Virus record (IMG/VR): IMGVR_UViG_3300026484_000087 | Span: 124,001 to 188,000 of that record | Length of the DNA stretch: 64,000 nt | Direction: 5' to 3' (one strand) | In this document: in pieces, positions 48,832 through 60,900 of the stretch | Layout of the letters: the number at the start of each line of letters is the position of its first letter | Position numbering within the stretch: position 1 is the stretch's first letter | The notes under the pieces: model-generated | Seen by the model: the letters and a program-made list of their open reading frames with translations, nothing else | What the model was told of the DNA's origin: nothing | Database searches by the model: none | Translations under genes and position numbers: made by a program

Positions 48832-49483
48832 TATTTTTTCTCCCAAACATACTAGATAAAACCTCATGTAATAGTTTAGTATCATCTACACAGAAACTCA
48901 TCATTTCATCGGTAGATATATTAAAACAATCTTCAGGTTTACCGACATATTTAATTGTTTTACCTAATTCAGCCTTAGCCATATCATTTAATGTAAAAGC
49001 ATGTTCTTTTTTCTTATTGTTGTTATAGAAAGTAACCATGTCTAAGAATTTAAAGTTAATAGGCAATTCAACTGTATAAGTATACTTCCATACATCCAAT
49101 GGTTTTATTTTATCACCATCCATAGTTGTTCTTTCTACAACTATATTGACATTCTTATCAGGATACTTATTATCAGGGTCCACAAGTTCTCTTAAAGGAA
49201 CTCCTAAAGCTTCAGCACGATGACTGATGAGACTTAAGAATGTATCTAAGAAACTTATTAAAACATAGTCATAATTAAGAGAATCTAAACTTCTAAAAAA
49301 ACATTGTATCATTGATTTCTCATCTGGAAAATCGCTAATATTAAATGTGAGCGTGCTACCGCATGGGTTGTTATCTTTTACGATAACAAACCCAAACATT
49401 GGACCATAGCCCATATTTTCTTTTAAAAATGAATACTCAAAATCTATAACAGCTATTTTACTGTGTCGATTTACATTATACAT
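48821..49483 (-). CDS. degenerate PolB-type 3'-5' exonuclease-like protein
   Basis: IDFE, DEKSMI, FLDM..FY, FTLNDMAKAELG and FCVDD resemble Exo I-III regions. Confidence 0.55.
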   Translation of the reverse strand: MYNVNRHSKIAVIDFEYSFLKENMGYGPMFGFVIVKDNNPCGSTLTFNISDFPDEKSMIQCFFRSLDSLNYDYVLISFLDTFLSLISHRAEALGVPLRELVDPDNKYPDKNVNIVVERTTMDGDKIKPLDVWKYTYTVELPINFKFLDMVTFYNNNKKKEHAFTLNDMAKAELGKTIKYVGKPEDCFNISTDEMMSFCVDDTKLLHEVLSSMFGRKNNDK

Positions 49484-49676
49484 GGTTAAACCCTATAAAA
49501 CAATTAGGCATTTGATACTCTGGAAATTCCTTAACGAATTTATCTTTAAGGCGTCTAAACGTATCTACATCATCATCTTCAAACGATACCAACATTAACT
49601 CAAGACCATCAGCTATTGCTTTCTTGTCTAACTCTCTTAATTCAGCAATGTCCGCTCTTAAATCATCTACGCTCAT
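49476..49676 (-). CDS. hypothetical protein
   Basis: 66 aa, AGGAG RBS. Confidence 0.65.
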   Translation of the reverse strand: MSVDDLRADIAELRELDKKAIADGLELMLVSFEDDDVDTFRRLKDKFVKEFPEYQMPNCFIGFNHV

Positions 49677-49722
49677 TTTCTACTCCTATTTTTTTATTTA
49701 CATTATACATAATACATTATCT

Positions 49723-50127
49723 TTATTCTATAATGAATGCATCATCTAATGATTTGAACTCCATCTCACTAATTTCTGAACGGATGCTATTACTATTGCC
49801 AGATAATGAGATACATGAAAACGACCCATCAGTTTCATGTACTGATACGTTATAATTGTCACATTTTATATCCTTAACAGTTTTACCAGAAATCCATTTT
49901 TCAAAGAATATATCATTATCCATATCAGGATCTTTATCCACGTGTAATGTTAGAACATAAAGATTACCATGACAAAGCACCCATATCTCTTGTTCAGTTA
50001 TAACCATTTTATCTACATCAGTAGCACTGCCAATAAAAGTCTTATTACCATCAATAACTGTAAAGTTAACTGAATATTTAGTCTTTTCTACTTTTACTTT
50101 AAAACCATTTTTATTAAATTCTTGCAT
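49723..50127 (-). CDS. hypothetical protein
   Basis: GGAG RBS before MQEF. Confidence 0.65.
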   Translation of the reverse strand: MQEFNKNGFKVKVEKTKYSVNFTVIDGNKTFIGSATDVDKMVITEQEIWVLCHGNLYVLTLHVDKDPDMDNDIFFEKWISGKTVKDIKCDNYNVSVHETDGSFSCISLSGNSNSIRSEISEMEFKSLDDAFIIE

Positions 50128-50238
50128 CTTATATCTCCATTTCATTTATTTAAATACTGCTTATTGTCAGTATGTCTTATTTTACGCCAAGTTTACTATT
50201 ATACCAATGATTGTCATTTTTTTATTTTTCACTAGATA

Positions 50239-51300
50239 TTATAGTTCCTTATTTAAAATCTTAGTTACAATATTAGAACCAACCTCACCTTTTTTATCAT
50301 ATACTGATCTAGTAAACACATCACCAACTGTTTCAGCCTGTAAGTAATCATTAGTTAAAATAAGACTGCCTGCATGTTTAATCTTTTTTATATCACCAGT
50401 AAAGTAAACTGTCTTCTTATCCTTATGAAATAAAGCATACGTTGCAACAGATACCCATGCATGAGACCTATATTTAGGTATGTATATAATTACCACTTTA
50501 GCATTGTCTACTTTAGCAAGTATATCATTCTTAATCTTTTCTGAACTATCAAGATCATATGTTAACAATCTACGCTCCATTTGAAGTTTAGAATTGTATG
50601 TATATTTAGCCATGAAGTCTTTCTTATCATCAAGACGTTCTTGCATCTCTTTTCTAATAGCTAAGACTTTACCACATGCTTTCATAAACATATTATTAAC
50701 AGATACTTTACCTTCTAAATCAGCTCTCTTAATCTCAGCTTCAAGTTCTTCCATTCTAGAAACAGTACTATTTCTAATTGACGTTTGGCCATAGTAGAAT
50801 ATAATGGCATCTTTAAGTTCTTTCTTTCTAAGAACCTCATCACGCTGTTGATTTAGTTTAATAGCAAAAGCATCTACGCCCGCATTACTAATAATACTCT
50901 TAGCTCTAAATGTCAATACCGTACCATGACTATTGCTTAATCCAGTTGGCATCATACCAGTTACTAAATAATTCATTCCATAATATCCCTCAATAAGCAA
51001 TATTATTTCAAAATCTGATGGTTTTGTTTCAGGTTTAAGTGGTACATTGAAAGTTTCATATAGCTTAGTATATGCATCTATAAACTCAGTACCGCCAGGC
51101 AATGTCATTAGATCTGTGTAATCTAAATCTAAATGTACGGAACCAATCATTTTTTTAATATTATCAAATGTAACCCCACCACTAACTAATGAATCGCCTA
51201 TCTTAATAACATTAACTAAACATCTACCCGTGATCTCTTCCATACGTCTATTGCTATGCGTAGGTACCATAAAGTAATTTTCTGTTAAATCTAGTTCCAT
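50239..51300 (-). CDS. hypothetical protein
   Basis: 353 aa, AAGGAG RBS; first gene after the promoter-hairpin element. Confidence 0.75.
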   Translation of the reverse strand: MELDLTENYFMVPTHSNRRMEEITGRCLVNVIKIGDSLVSGGVTFDNIKKMIGSVHLDLDYTDLMTLPGGTEFIDAYTKLYETFNVPLKPETKPSDFEIILLIEGYYGMNYLVTGMMPTGLSNSHGTVLTFRAKSIISNAGVDAFAIKLNQQRDEVLRKKELKDAIIFYYGQTSIRNSTVSRMEELEAEIKRADLEGKVSVNNMFMKACGKVLAIRKEMQERLDDKKDFMAKYTYNSKLQMERRLLTYDLDSSEKIKNDILAKVDNAKVVIIYIPKYRSHAWVSVATYALFHKDKKTVYFTGDIKKIKHAGSLILTNDYLQAETVGDVFTRSVYDKKGEVGSNIVTKILNKEL

Positions 51301-51332
51301 AATGAACTCCTTGTTTATTGTTATATTTATTC

Positions 51333-51384
51333 GATACTGCCTAGTATCTATTTTAATAATATATAACTATAATAATGTTGAAAA
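51333..51384 (-). promoter_or_regulatory. putative early promoter plus 5' hairpin
   Basis: TTATATATTATTAAAATA-GATAC-TAGGCA-GTATC. Confidence 0.6.
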
Positions 51385-51458
51385 TAAAACTTTAACAGTT
51401 AGCATATGTTTGATAATAAACATCTATAAAGATATGATGATAAACAAAGGATAAAATA

Positions 51459-52901
51459 ATGGCTATTAAATTTAATGTACCAAAGCCTAGACAGGCTAGA
51501 ATATTAATAAACATCGGTGCCTCATTTGACATCCCTACAGGTTTCCCTGTAACTGGTGCAAAAGGTGAAACAATATGGAATGGTGGTATTGGTTTAACTA
51601 CAGGTATCATTGGTAGAAGCAATAACTTTAAATCTTCTATTATGCATTATATGATGTTATCTGCAGCAGATAAGATAGCATATACTCATGAAACATCTAT
51701 GCATCTTTATGATACAGAGGTTACAGCTATACCTGAAAGATTGGATGCTTTAGGTAATCAATTCGAACATCTTGGTAAGGATGTAGCTACTAGGGAAGAT
51801 CCATCTTTAGTCATAACTGATAAATCGCAATACGCTGCTGATGAATGGGGTAGTCTTTTAAAAGCGTTTCTATCTGAAAAAGAAAATGATAAGAATTCTA
51901 TTATTGATTATACTGCATTCAGAGATCCAAATACTAAAGGTATGCTTAGAACACAGGTTCCCACATTTGTAGAGATAGATTCATTATCTGAATTTGAAGC
52001 AGGTACTACTATAGAGATGCTTAATAAGAGTAAGTTAGATGATGGTTCTACAAATACTTTATTCATGAGACAAGGTTTATACAAATCTAAATTCTTAGCA
52101 GAACTACCTAGACTTACCACAAACAGTAATACATTCTTTTTTATGTCGGCTCATCTTGGCGAGGAGATAGCTATGGGTTCTAGTCCTTATTCTCCTGGAC
52201 CAACTAAGAAATTACAATTTTTAAAAGTCGGCGATAAGATTAAGGGCGTATCTGATAAGTTTTTATTCTTAATGTCTAATGCATGGTATGCTAGTGGAGT
52301 ATCTGTACTCAAAAATCAAACAACTAGACAAGCTGAATATCCACTAGATAATAAAGCTGATTCTGCAGAAACTGAGTTGCAGGTAGTTAGATTAACGCAA
52401 CTAAGAAGTAAGTCTGGTATATCTGGATATACATTAGATATAGTTGTTTCTCAAAATGAAGGCGTTCTACCGACACTTACAGAGTTCCACCAAATAAAAA
52501 CAAATGGTAAATTTGGTATATCTGGAAGTAACCTAAGTTATAACTTAGATCTTTTACCAGATGTTAAACTTAGTAGAACTACGGTTAGAACTAAAATAAA
52601 TACAGATCCTAAACTTAGAAGAGCTATAAATATCACTAGTGAGCTAGCACAAATGTATAAGTTCCATCCGAAGTTAAATGAAGATGGCTTATTATGTAGT
52701 CCAATGGAATTATATGAAGATATAACTAAAATGGGTTATGATTGGGATTTATTATTAAATACAAGAGGTTGGTGGACTCCTAATAACTATGAAACTGAAA
52801 TACCGTTTCTAAGTACTATGGATTTACTTAAAATGAGAAAAGGTTTATATAAACCATTCTGGTATCCAAAAGATAAATTAAAAGATATAAAGGAATTATA
52901 A
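51459..52901 (+). CDS. uvsX: RecA/UvsX-like recombinase (phiKZ gp152-like)
   Basis: N.GA.FDIPTG, GRSNNFKS Walker A, YDTE, EIDSLS Walker B, LRSKSG. Confidence 0.85.
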   Translation: MAIKFNVPKPRQARILINIGASFDIPTGFPVTGAKGETIWNGGIGLTTGIIGRSNNFKSSIMHYMMLSAADKIAYTHETSMHLYDTEVTAIPERLDALGNQFEHLGKDVATREDPSLVITDKSQYAADEWGSLLKAFLSEKENDKNSIIDYTAFRDPNTKGMLRTQVPTFVEIDSLSEFEAGTTIEMLNKSKLDDGSTNTLFMRQGLYKSKFLAELPRLTTNSNTFFFMSAHLGEEIAMGSSPYSPGPTKKLQFLKVGDKIKGVSDKFLFLMSNAWYASGVSVLKNQTTRQAEYPLDNKADSAETELQVVRLTQLRSKSGISGYTLDIVVSQNEGVLPTLTEFHQIKTNGKFGISGSNLSYNLDLLPDVKLSRTTVRTKINTDPKLRRAINITSELAQMYKFHPKLNEDGLLCSPMELYEDITKMGYDWDLLLNTRGWWTPNNYETEIPFLSTMDLLKMRKGLYKPFWYPKDKLKDIKEL

Positions 52902-52902
52902 A

Positions 52903-53322
52903 ATGGCAATCGGACATAACTTTGGGACAGCAGACTTATCTGCTGGCAATGTAAAAAATACTGAAAAGAAGATCTCTGCATTAGAGATGTTTAATACTAA
53001 AAGAGTTGCAGGTGAACCTGATTTAGTAGCGATAGTAGCTAGAGATATAGCTACTACTTATGGTGATGTAGCATCTGCTATGTTCTTAAATGATAGTGAA
53101 ATTAGTAGTGTTAAAGAGCTTAATCCTGTTAGTCAGAGAATAATCATTAATAAATGGTTTACTAGTAGTTTGTTAATCTACAGATCACATACTGACAATA
53201 AAGATGTTGCTGAGATCATGATGCATGTTATTAATGATGGTACAGTAGATCAATGGTTTGAACATCTTAGGGATGTAGTTATTTTATTCTTTAAAAAGAA
53301 TAACGTTCTTGGTATAGCATAA
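52903..53322 (+). CDS. hypothetical protein
   Basis: 139 aa, AAGGA RBS. Confidence 0.7.
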   Translation: MAIGHNFGTADLSAGNVKNTEKKISALEMFNTKRVAGEPDLVAIVARDIATTYGDVASAMFLNDSEISSVKELNPVSQRIIINKWFTSSLLIYRSHTDNKDVAEIMMHVINDGTVDQWFEHLRDVVILFFKKNNVLGIA

Positions 53323-53359
53323 GCTATTTACTTTGATAATTAAATAAAAGGAAACAGAT

Positions 53360-54181
53360 ATGAAAGAATCTACATTCGAGATGAGATATGCTAAAGTTCT
53401 TAATAATGAAGATGATAAAGAATGCAATAATAGAAGAGTAGCCATAAACATTATAGGTACTCTTCCTATTTTAGCTGGTACATTTATGGATAGAATAAGT
53501 GGTGATGATGGTGCTAGTTATGGTCTTATAGATAGCATTACTACGGATACTCCGCATGGAAAGAAAGACAACAAGAATTTCTTGTATGACGATGAAAAAG
53601 ATACCGATGGTAATCTAGTTAACCCTGATAGATATGTATTCTTAGGAAATGCACAAAGTATGGTTAGCAAATTATTTGCTTCTATATATTACGATGCGTT
53701 ATTTAATGACATTATAGTTATCCCTGATATTTATTCTTTAGGTATTGAAGATGAAAATATAGATTTCTATAAGGACAATGAGATGACCTTAAATGCATAT
53801 AGTGTTGGTAGAGGTCAGTTCAAGGATAGACCTTTTAAAGAACTTACTATACCTATAGATCAAATAGATAGCGACGGTATGCCGCAACCGGATAAGTTTG
53901 ATAAGACTAAAACATTATTAGTTACTACATATGGTTTAGCTATAAATTCACTATGTACATCGAATACTACAGTTGTTAACGATGGTGGTGAAACAAGCTA
54001 TATCGGTGCTGATAAAGTTGTGCCTTTACAATATATTCAGTTTCCAGATAATTCTGATATTTATGATGAAGTACCACCATTAAATACCCATAATCTAATA
54101 CAGCAAACACATGCTGGATTGTCTGTAGATTTCGTTGGTAAAAGACTCATTACTAAAATGATGATTCCTTTAAACTTCTAA
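53360..54181 (+). CDS. hypothetical protein
   Basis: 273 aa, AAGGA RBS. Confidence 0.7.
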   Translation: MKESTFEMRYAKVLNNEDDKECNNRRVAINIIGTLPILAGTFMDRISGDDGASYGLIDSITTDTPHGKKDNKNFLYDDEKDTDGNLVNPDRYVFLGNAQSMVSKLFASIYYDALFNDIIVIPDIYSLGIEDENIDFYKDNEMTLNAYSVGRGQFKDRPFKELTIPIDQIDSDGMPQPDKFDKTKTLLVTTYGLAINSLCTSNTTVVNDGGETSYIGADKVVPLQYIQFPDNSDIYDEVPPLNTHNLIQQTHAGLSVDFVGKRLITKMMIPLNF

Positions 54182-54190
54182 GGATAAGTT

Positions 54191-54880
54191 ATGGATAAAA
54201 AAAGAAAAGAAGTTCAAGATTTTATCCTTAAGTATGTAGACAAAATAGCTCCTGGTGGATATAACCATGGGCTATATGTCGATCTATTTAAGAAAATGTC
54301 AGATAAAGATTTTAAAGAGTTTATGATAAAGCTTAGAGATAAAGATTTAACCATATCTATAATAGCTCCTGTTAGCGGTAAAGTAAAATTAGATACTAAA
54401 CGTAACTTTAAGATAGGTAAAGAATTAGGCTACGATTTCTTTCAACCTCTTATTATAGGTCCAAAAGGTAATAAAAAAGATGGTACTTATATACCTAAGT
54501 TTAAAACTAATATAAAATATCTTACATACGATCTTCCTATTAGAAGAACTGCACAGTTACTTATGAAAGGTGTTTCTGTTGGTACGGATAATAAAGTTAT
54601 AGATTTAACTACTGGACAAGTTACTGGTGATTCTAAATCTGCTAAACTAACAAAACCTGAGCTTGAATTATTAGTTGGTATGGGATTAGATAAAAGTATA
54701 AAAGAGCTAATGAAAGTTAGGGGTGGTGATTTAGGTTCAGCAAGAGCAGCTGAAGCTTCTATAAGTAGAACAGGACAAGTTAGTCAAGACGCTATAGAAC
54801 CGTACGGCACTGGAGTTGTATCTACTAAAACATTAAATACTATGTTCAATGCAGCACATTTAAAAACGACATTAAAATAA
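54191..54880 (+). CDS. virion RNA polymerase beta C-terminal subunit (phiKZ gp149-like)
   Basis: LPIRR..Q...K, D.TTGQVTG.SK, PE..LL and K.RGGD motifs. Confidence 0.85.
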   Translation: MDKKRKEVQDFILKYVDKIAPGGYNHGLYVDLFKKMSDKDFKEFMIKLRDKDLTISIIAPVSGKVKLDTKRNFKIGKELGYDFFQPLIIGPKGNKKDGTYIPKFKTNIKYLTYDLPIRRTAQLLMKGVSVGTDNKVIDLTTGQVTGDSKSAKLTKPELELLVGMGLDKSIKELMKVRGGDLGSARAAEASISRTGQVSQDAIEPYGTGVVSTKTLNTMFNAAHLKTTLK

Positions 54881-54881
54881 C

Positions 54882-54915
54882 TACTATAGATGATGGAAAT
54901 CCATCATCTATAGTA
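54882..54915. terminator. hairpin between convergent genes
   Basis: TACTATAGATGATGG-AAAT-CCATCATCTATAGTA. Confidence 0.7.
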
Positions 54916-54921
54916 TTGCCG

Positions 54922-57900
54922 TTATTTTATCTCAGTAGTATCTTTAGTAACCACATTAGGTTTATCTACAGTTTCATCTTCATAAACTATAGTTTTTAGT
55001 TCATTTATATTAACTAAACCATTTATATCTATTTCATTATTTATAGAAATAGTATCTTTTGTTTTATCTAAACTACCTTTAAGTTTAGGACTATACATAT
55101 CTACAGGAGTTCTATTATCGCCTATCACATTAGGTTTACTAGATTTATCTCTATCCATATCATACATAATTGTTCTTGTTGTACTAACATTTATTTCACC
55201 TATTACTACATCCGTATTTATATTAGATGTTTTATTTGTTTCAATATCTTTTGTTCTACTTAACTTAGGTTTAAACATTCCTACATCTACTTTACCATCA
55301 GTAGCTATTAAAGCTGGTGTACTATCTACCCCATCCTCATTACTATATATAATAGTATTTAACTCGCTACTTATAGCAAGACCAGTAAGATCATTAACAT
55401 TTATAACTTCAGTATCCTCTAATTCTAAAGTTTCTGTTTTTGGCATAACTGGAACAAACATGTTGTCTAATTCATTATCTATAGAACCAACAAGTTCAGG
55501 TACTATAGTTTTAGCCAAATTGTTTTCCTCTACCCTACCAATACCAGTAACATCCTTTTTGGTTTTACTACCTTTAATTGTATTGTCAACAACATATTCA
55601 GTATCTTTGAAAACAATCTCTACTGATTTATTTATTTTAGGTTTAAACATATCTACATTAGAACTCATATCACCTATTAATTCAGCATCATTGTTTGTAT
55701 TTAAATCTTTACTATATAATAGGGCTTTAACAAACTTGCGATTATATGTACCAGTGAATGTATCTGTAGTTAAAGTATATGTTTCATTTAACTTATATCC
55801 TTTAGCTGTACTAGTTGGACTAAACATATCATCTAGATCACTATTTACAGAACCATATAGTACGGGGTTAAGGTCTCCCGCTATAACTGGTGACATATTA
55901 AGAAGTATACCATTGGTAGTTTTAACTCTTTTACTACCAACAATAGTCTCAGTAATTATGCCATCTATATCATCGGCTCTATTGCTAATAACGTCTGTTA
56001 CTAAAGGTTTGAATAGGTTAAGTGCAACATCATTGTTTCCTATTAAAGATCCAACTTCATATTCACTTATCTCACCATTTTCACCATACATTATTATTTT
56101 ATTTATATCTTGTAGAACGTTACCTTTATAATTTATACCTTTAGGTATAGAATCAAGGATATCCTTTTCATCTACAGAACCTGTTTTAAAATCAGGTTTA
56201 AATAATGTTAATGTTGATAAATTAGTATTAAATTTACCTATAGGAGCAACATCTACCCATATATCTTTACTATTTATATCCATAGTAATTTTATTGGCAT
56301 CACTTCTACTTGTACCAGAGACAGTACTCGTATTAATTGTAGTATCCAAACCATCAACTTGTTCATTGGAGTTAACTCTAAACTTAGGATGATACATCTC
56401 TATTATGTTCTTAGTAGTATTGAAGTAAACATTAGGTTCTATATCACCATCTATAACATTACTTGTATTATAGAACATCATTTCATTCTTACCAGTAACA
56501 CTACCCATAGGAACATAGTTTTCACTGTAAGGATTTCTTACAACTTCATCTATACCGTAAGTTATACCGTCAACTTTTGGAGAGAACATATCTATGGTTT
56601 TATAGTTTCTACTACCTCTAAGTACTGGCTTGCTTCCATCATTAGGTCTATTATCTATATCTTCTAATAATACTTCCATATGATTATTGATATATCTACC
56701 TTTACTAGTATCAAAGCTGCCAGCCACTATTCTATATGATTCATTTATACTAAATACTTCAGATCTAGGCTTATAAAGTTTAGTATCAGCTTTTCTAACA
56801 GAACCGTATACGTTTGGTTTATTAGAGCTTTCTATATCCATTGTTTCATTAAACATAGTAAGTACATTATGATCATTATTTAAAGAACCATTGTATCCAT
56901 AATTATTTTTCATTGGAACAAGATCTTCTGCTAATGGGTTATAGATATTTGAAACATTTGGTTTAAAGTAATCCAAAACTCTCATACCAGTATCTATGAT
57001 AGCAGTTGGTTTATTATTTTCTAAAATATCATCTGTATACATTCTAAGTTTGGTTGTATTTATTTGTACTCTACCAAAACCTTTGGTAAAGTTACTTACG
57101 AATGCTAATGTAGTATCCTCTACACTAGTATTTAAAGCTACAATAGGATTAAACATATTTATAATACTATTATTAGTAGATACCTTAAATGTAGAAATTT
57201 CACTAGACCACAATTCTTTACTAATAACAGACATACTCACCATATTTCTATGGTTATTAGTTTTACCCATAACAACCGTTTTGGATGCTGAATAATTTAT
57301 ACTAGATACTTCATCATTAGTTATGCCGCTAACTATAGGACTAAACCAATTAAGTACGTCTTTATTAACGTGTCCTAGAACATTAGGTATGGTACTAAAA
57401 TCCTCATATAGTTTAACATCCGTAACGCCTTTACCAAGATTACCATACATACTTACTCTATATTCTATTTCAGAATTAAGTACTTCCCTTTCTTTCTTAT
57501 CCATGCTAATATTAGGAGAATACATATTCACTGTACCAAATTCACTAACAAAAGATAATACTGGAAGGGTGCTGTTTTCAAGATCATGATGTAATTGCAT
57601 ATCCATTTTAACAGGAGTATTTAAAACAGTACCTGATAATTTATTTACGGTATTTATACCATCTATAAACGTTCTATCAAAACCACCATTGGATAACAGG
57701 ATAGGACTATACATTGTTATAGAGGCTTTTTTGCTCCTACTTATCATAGTTGTCTGTTCTACAATAATATCAGTTTTATCAACATGCATTGTAATAATAT
57801 TATCATCAGTTCTAGATGAACCATGAATAAACTCATTTTCTGTTTTATCTATAACATCTACAATATCATTTATGTTTCCACTAACTATAGGAGAGAACCA

Positions 57901-60900
57901 TTTAAGTAGTCTCTTACTTGTATTCATCACTAATGTAGGCATAGCATTATCGGTATTTAATCCAGTTTCCCCACTAACTATAAGTTTGGTTTCACCTCTT
58001 TTTATGTTAACGTTACTATTAAACTTATTACTTATGAATTTTAAATCAAGAGTAATATTTAAAGTATCTGTTGTAAATGTTGGTTTAAAGAAATCAATGC
58101 CTTTTAAAGGAACATTGGCTATAAGAGTACTTGTCTCTTGATACATTTCAGAATCATAGTTCTCGATTCTTGTTTTTAAAGTATGGTCTTTAGCTATACC
58201 TTTAATATATGTATCTTTAAAATACTCAGTACTTTCTTTATTGTTTTTATCTATAAACGATCCTATTTTAGGAGAGTACATATTTAAACTAGACTCTATG
58301 TTTCTTATAAGATTAATAGAAGTCTCTCCAGTTATAGAATGTATTCCATCAGACATAAGTAATTTAACCTTAGCCTTTTGTTTACCATAAGGAATCATGC
58401 TAGCGTTAAATACGTTGTCTATTGTTTTATAATAATCTTCATCATTTTTACCACTATCTAAGCTAGGTCTAAACATATCTGGTATACCACCAATACTATA
58501 AGTAATATTAGGCATACTATAATTGAAAATACCTAAAGGCGTTTCCATAGTTATGTTTATACTATCTTGTTTAATGTAACCTGTTTGACCTCTATCTATA
58601 GTTAAAGAATCACTTTTGTTCATGGTCTTATCTGACATAGATTTAACTGTAGGTTTATACCAATCTAATAGTCTTCTGTTTGTACTCATAACCATTTCTG
58701 GTTTGCCATTTACTTCAACATTACTTGATATATCATAAAGCTTAAATTTGGTAACATCATTTATAAAATTACCATAACTTAAGTTAAATGAATTAGAACC
58801 TATGGTCTGAATTATATTATCAGACTTACTGTTAACTATCGGACTAAATAGTCTAAAAGACAATGGTCCAGCAGTTGTGGTAATCGTAGGTGTATTAGAA
58901 TAATCCAATTCTTTACTATACCACTCCATAGCAGTTTGGATGTATCTTTTAACAACTCTACCAACTTTACTAGTCTCACTACTAGCTAATTGGATAATAT
59001 CTTTCATATCATTTATTTTAGTACCTATATAAGGTCTAAACATAGTTAGATATGATTTATTGCTAAATACAACATCAGGCATTTCATTTTTAACATGTAG
59101 TACATTGGTTAACGCTAAACGTTCTTCAGGTTCGTATAACATTAATTTAGGAGGATTTATTCTGGTATAACCTCTTGGTATCATCAATTCTATATCAGAC
59201 TTTAAGAAGCATCCATAAGGAGCATCTCTGGCGGCCATATAACCATAAAAGTCTTCAAGTGCTCTAAATGTACCTTCATGAATATCAATGATACCAGGAG
59301 TACTTATTGACATATTTGTATTATATCTAGTAGACATAACATCTAAACTATTTGTACTATTCATAAACTGTATTGTGCTAGAAGATAAGTTTTTAACTAT
59401 CTTAATATATTTGTCAACCATTTCATTAACATCATCTTTATCAAAATAGAATCCAGTAAATGCATAAAGAACCTTATTTAATGTTTCTTTATAATCATAT
59501 ACGTCTGTAAAATAGAAATCCACAAATTGGTTAGCCATTAGTTCGTCTATAGTACTATCTCCTTGATTGAAGATAATAGTCTCTTTCATATGTAAACGTT
59601 TATACATTGTTTTTATAGAATTGTTTATGAGCATATCGTTAGAGTTTGTTGCTATATTCCAAATTACTGAATTAAAACTATTCAAGTCTTTTAAATATTG
59701 ATTAAATATATCTCTATCTAAGTATGTTAGTCTATCTGGTCTTAATTCTATAAGTTTTTTAGCTATGTCATATGTTATAGTAGGGTTTATCATGTTATAA
59801 TTAAGGGCATCCACTGTTATAACGCTATTTAAAAGTTTATTTGCAGTATAAGATGGAATCTTTGGATTAACATTGCCACTAATAACTGCTAGTAACTTAA
59901 GAATTAAGAAAGCTGCTTGCTTAGCATCTAAGTCATAAGTAAATCCAGTATTATTATCTATAAATGTTATTGATGTTTTATAAATATCTCTAAATGCCAT
60001 TTGTATAAAGTTATCTAGAACCATTTTTAGTTCTATCTTATTCTCAACTACATAAGATCTATTCACTTTTATCTTAAATGTTTTAGTTTTTTGTTTATTG
60101 AATTTATTTTTATCCAATTTATATTCTAAGGTATTGTCGTAAAAATTCGTATCTTTTATAACCATATCGTTATCTACAAATGCTTTACTAAATTGTCTAA
60201 GCAATAAAGCCTTACCACTTGTATCATCATTATCATCTATTAGATAATAATCATTTCTTCTTTTAGATATGAACCTATTCTCTTTTTTATCATATATTGG
60301 CTTAGTTATATCTGTTAAATTCAATAAGTCTTCATCTGGTAAACCGTTTAGAAGTTCTACCTCAGCTACGCCTATACCATTTTCAGTAAGTATCTTTTCT
60401 ATAAGTATATCAAGAGTTTTGTTTTTACCTATATTATTCTTGATATATCTAAGATTCTTATATAACCAAAACCTAGTTTCTTTACTAAGAACCTTAACAT
60501 CTACATCTATACCATAATTAGATCTAAAAAATTCATAGATATGAAAACTGTGTGCTTCAGATGTAAAGATATAATCCTGTCTTATATTCAATGTTTTTAA
60601 AACCATTTTAGTATAGAGTGTTGCTAATAGTGACGGTATATAAAGATCATCAATTATGCCATAATCTCTAATATGCCAACGTAGAAAATAGTTCTTAGAG
60701 AACTCATTAAGTCTATGTATTAAATTGGTTTCCTGCTCTTCAACTAGATAAGGACTATGTGCAACTAATTCTCCATTAGTGCAGTTAATGACATCGTTTA
60801 TATCAAGTCCATATATAATACCCTTTATAAGCAATTCATCTTCAGGATACTCTGCTACTAAATCATTATAGTATGTATCAAATTTCTTTAATTCATTTCT

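Noticed and set aside
50198-50206. Extended -10 TGGTATAAT host-type promoter on the minus strand
   Set aside because: A single match in very AT-rich DNA is expected by chance
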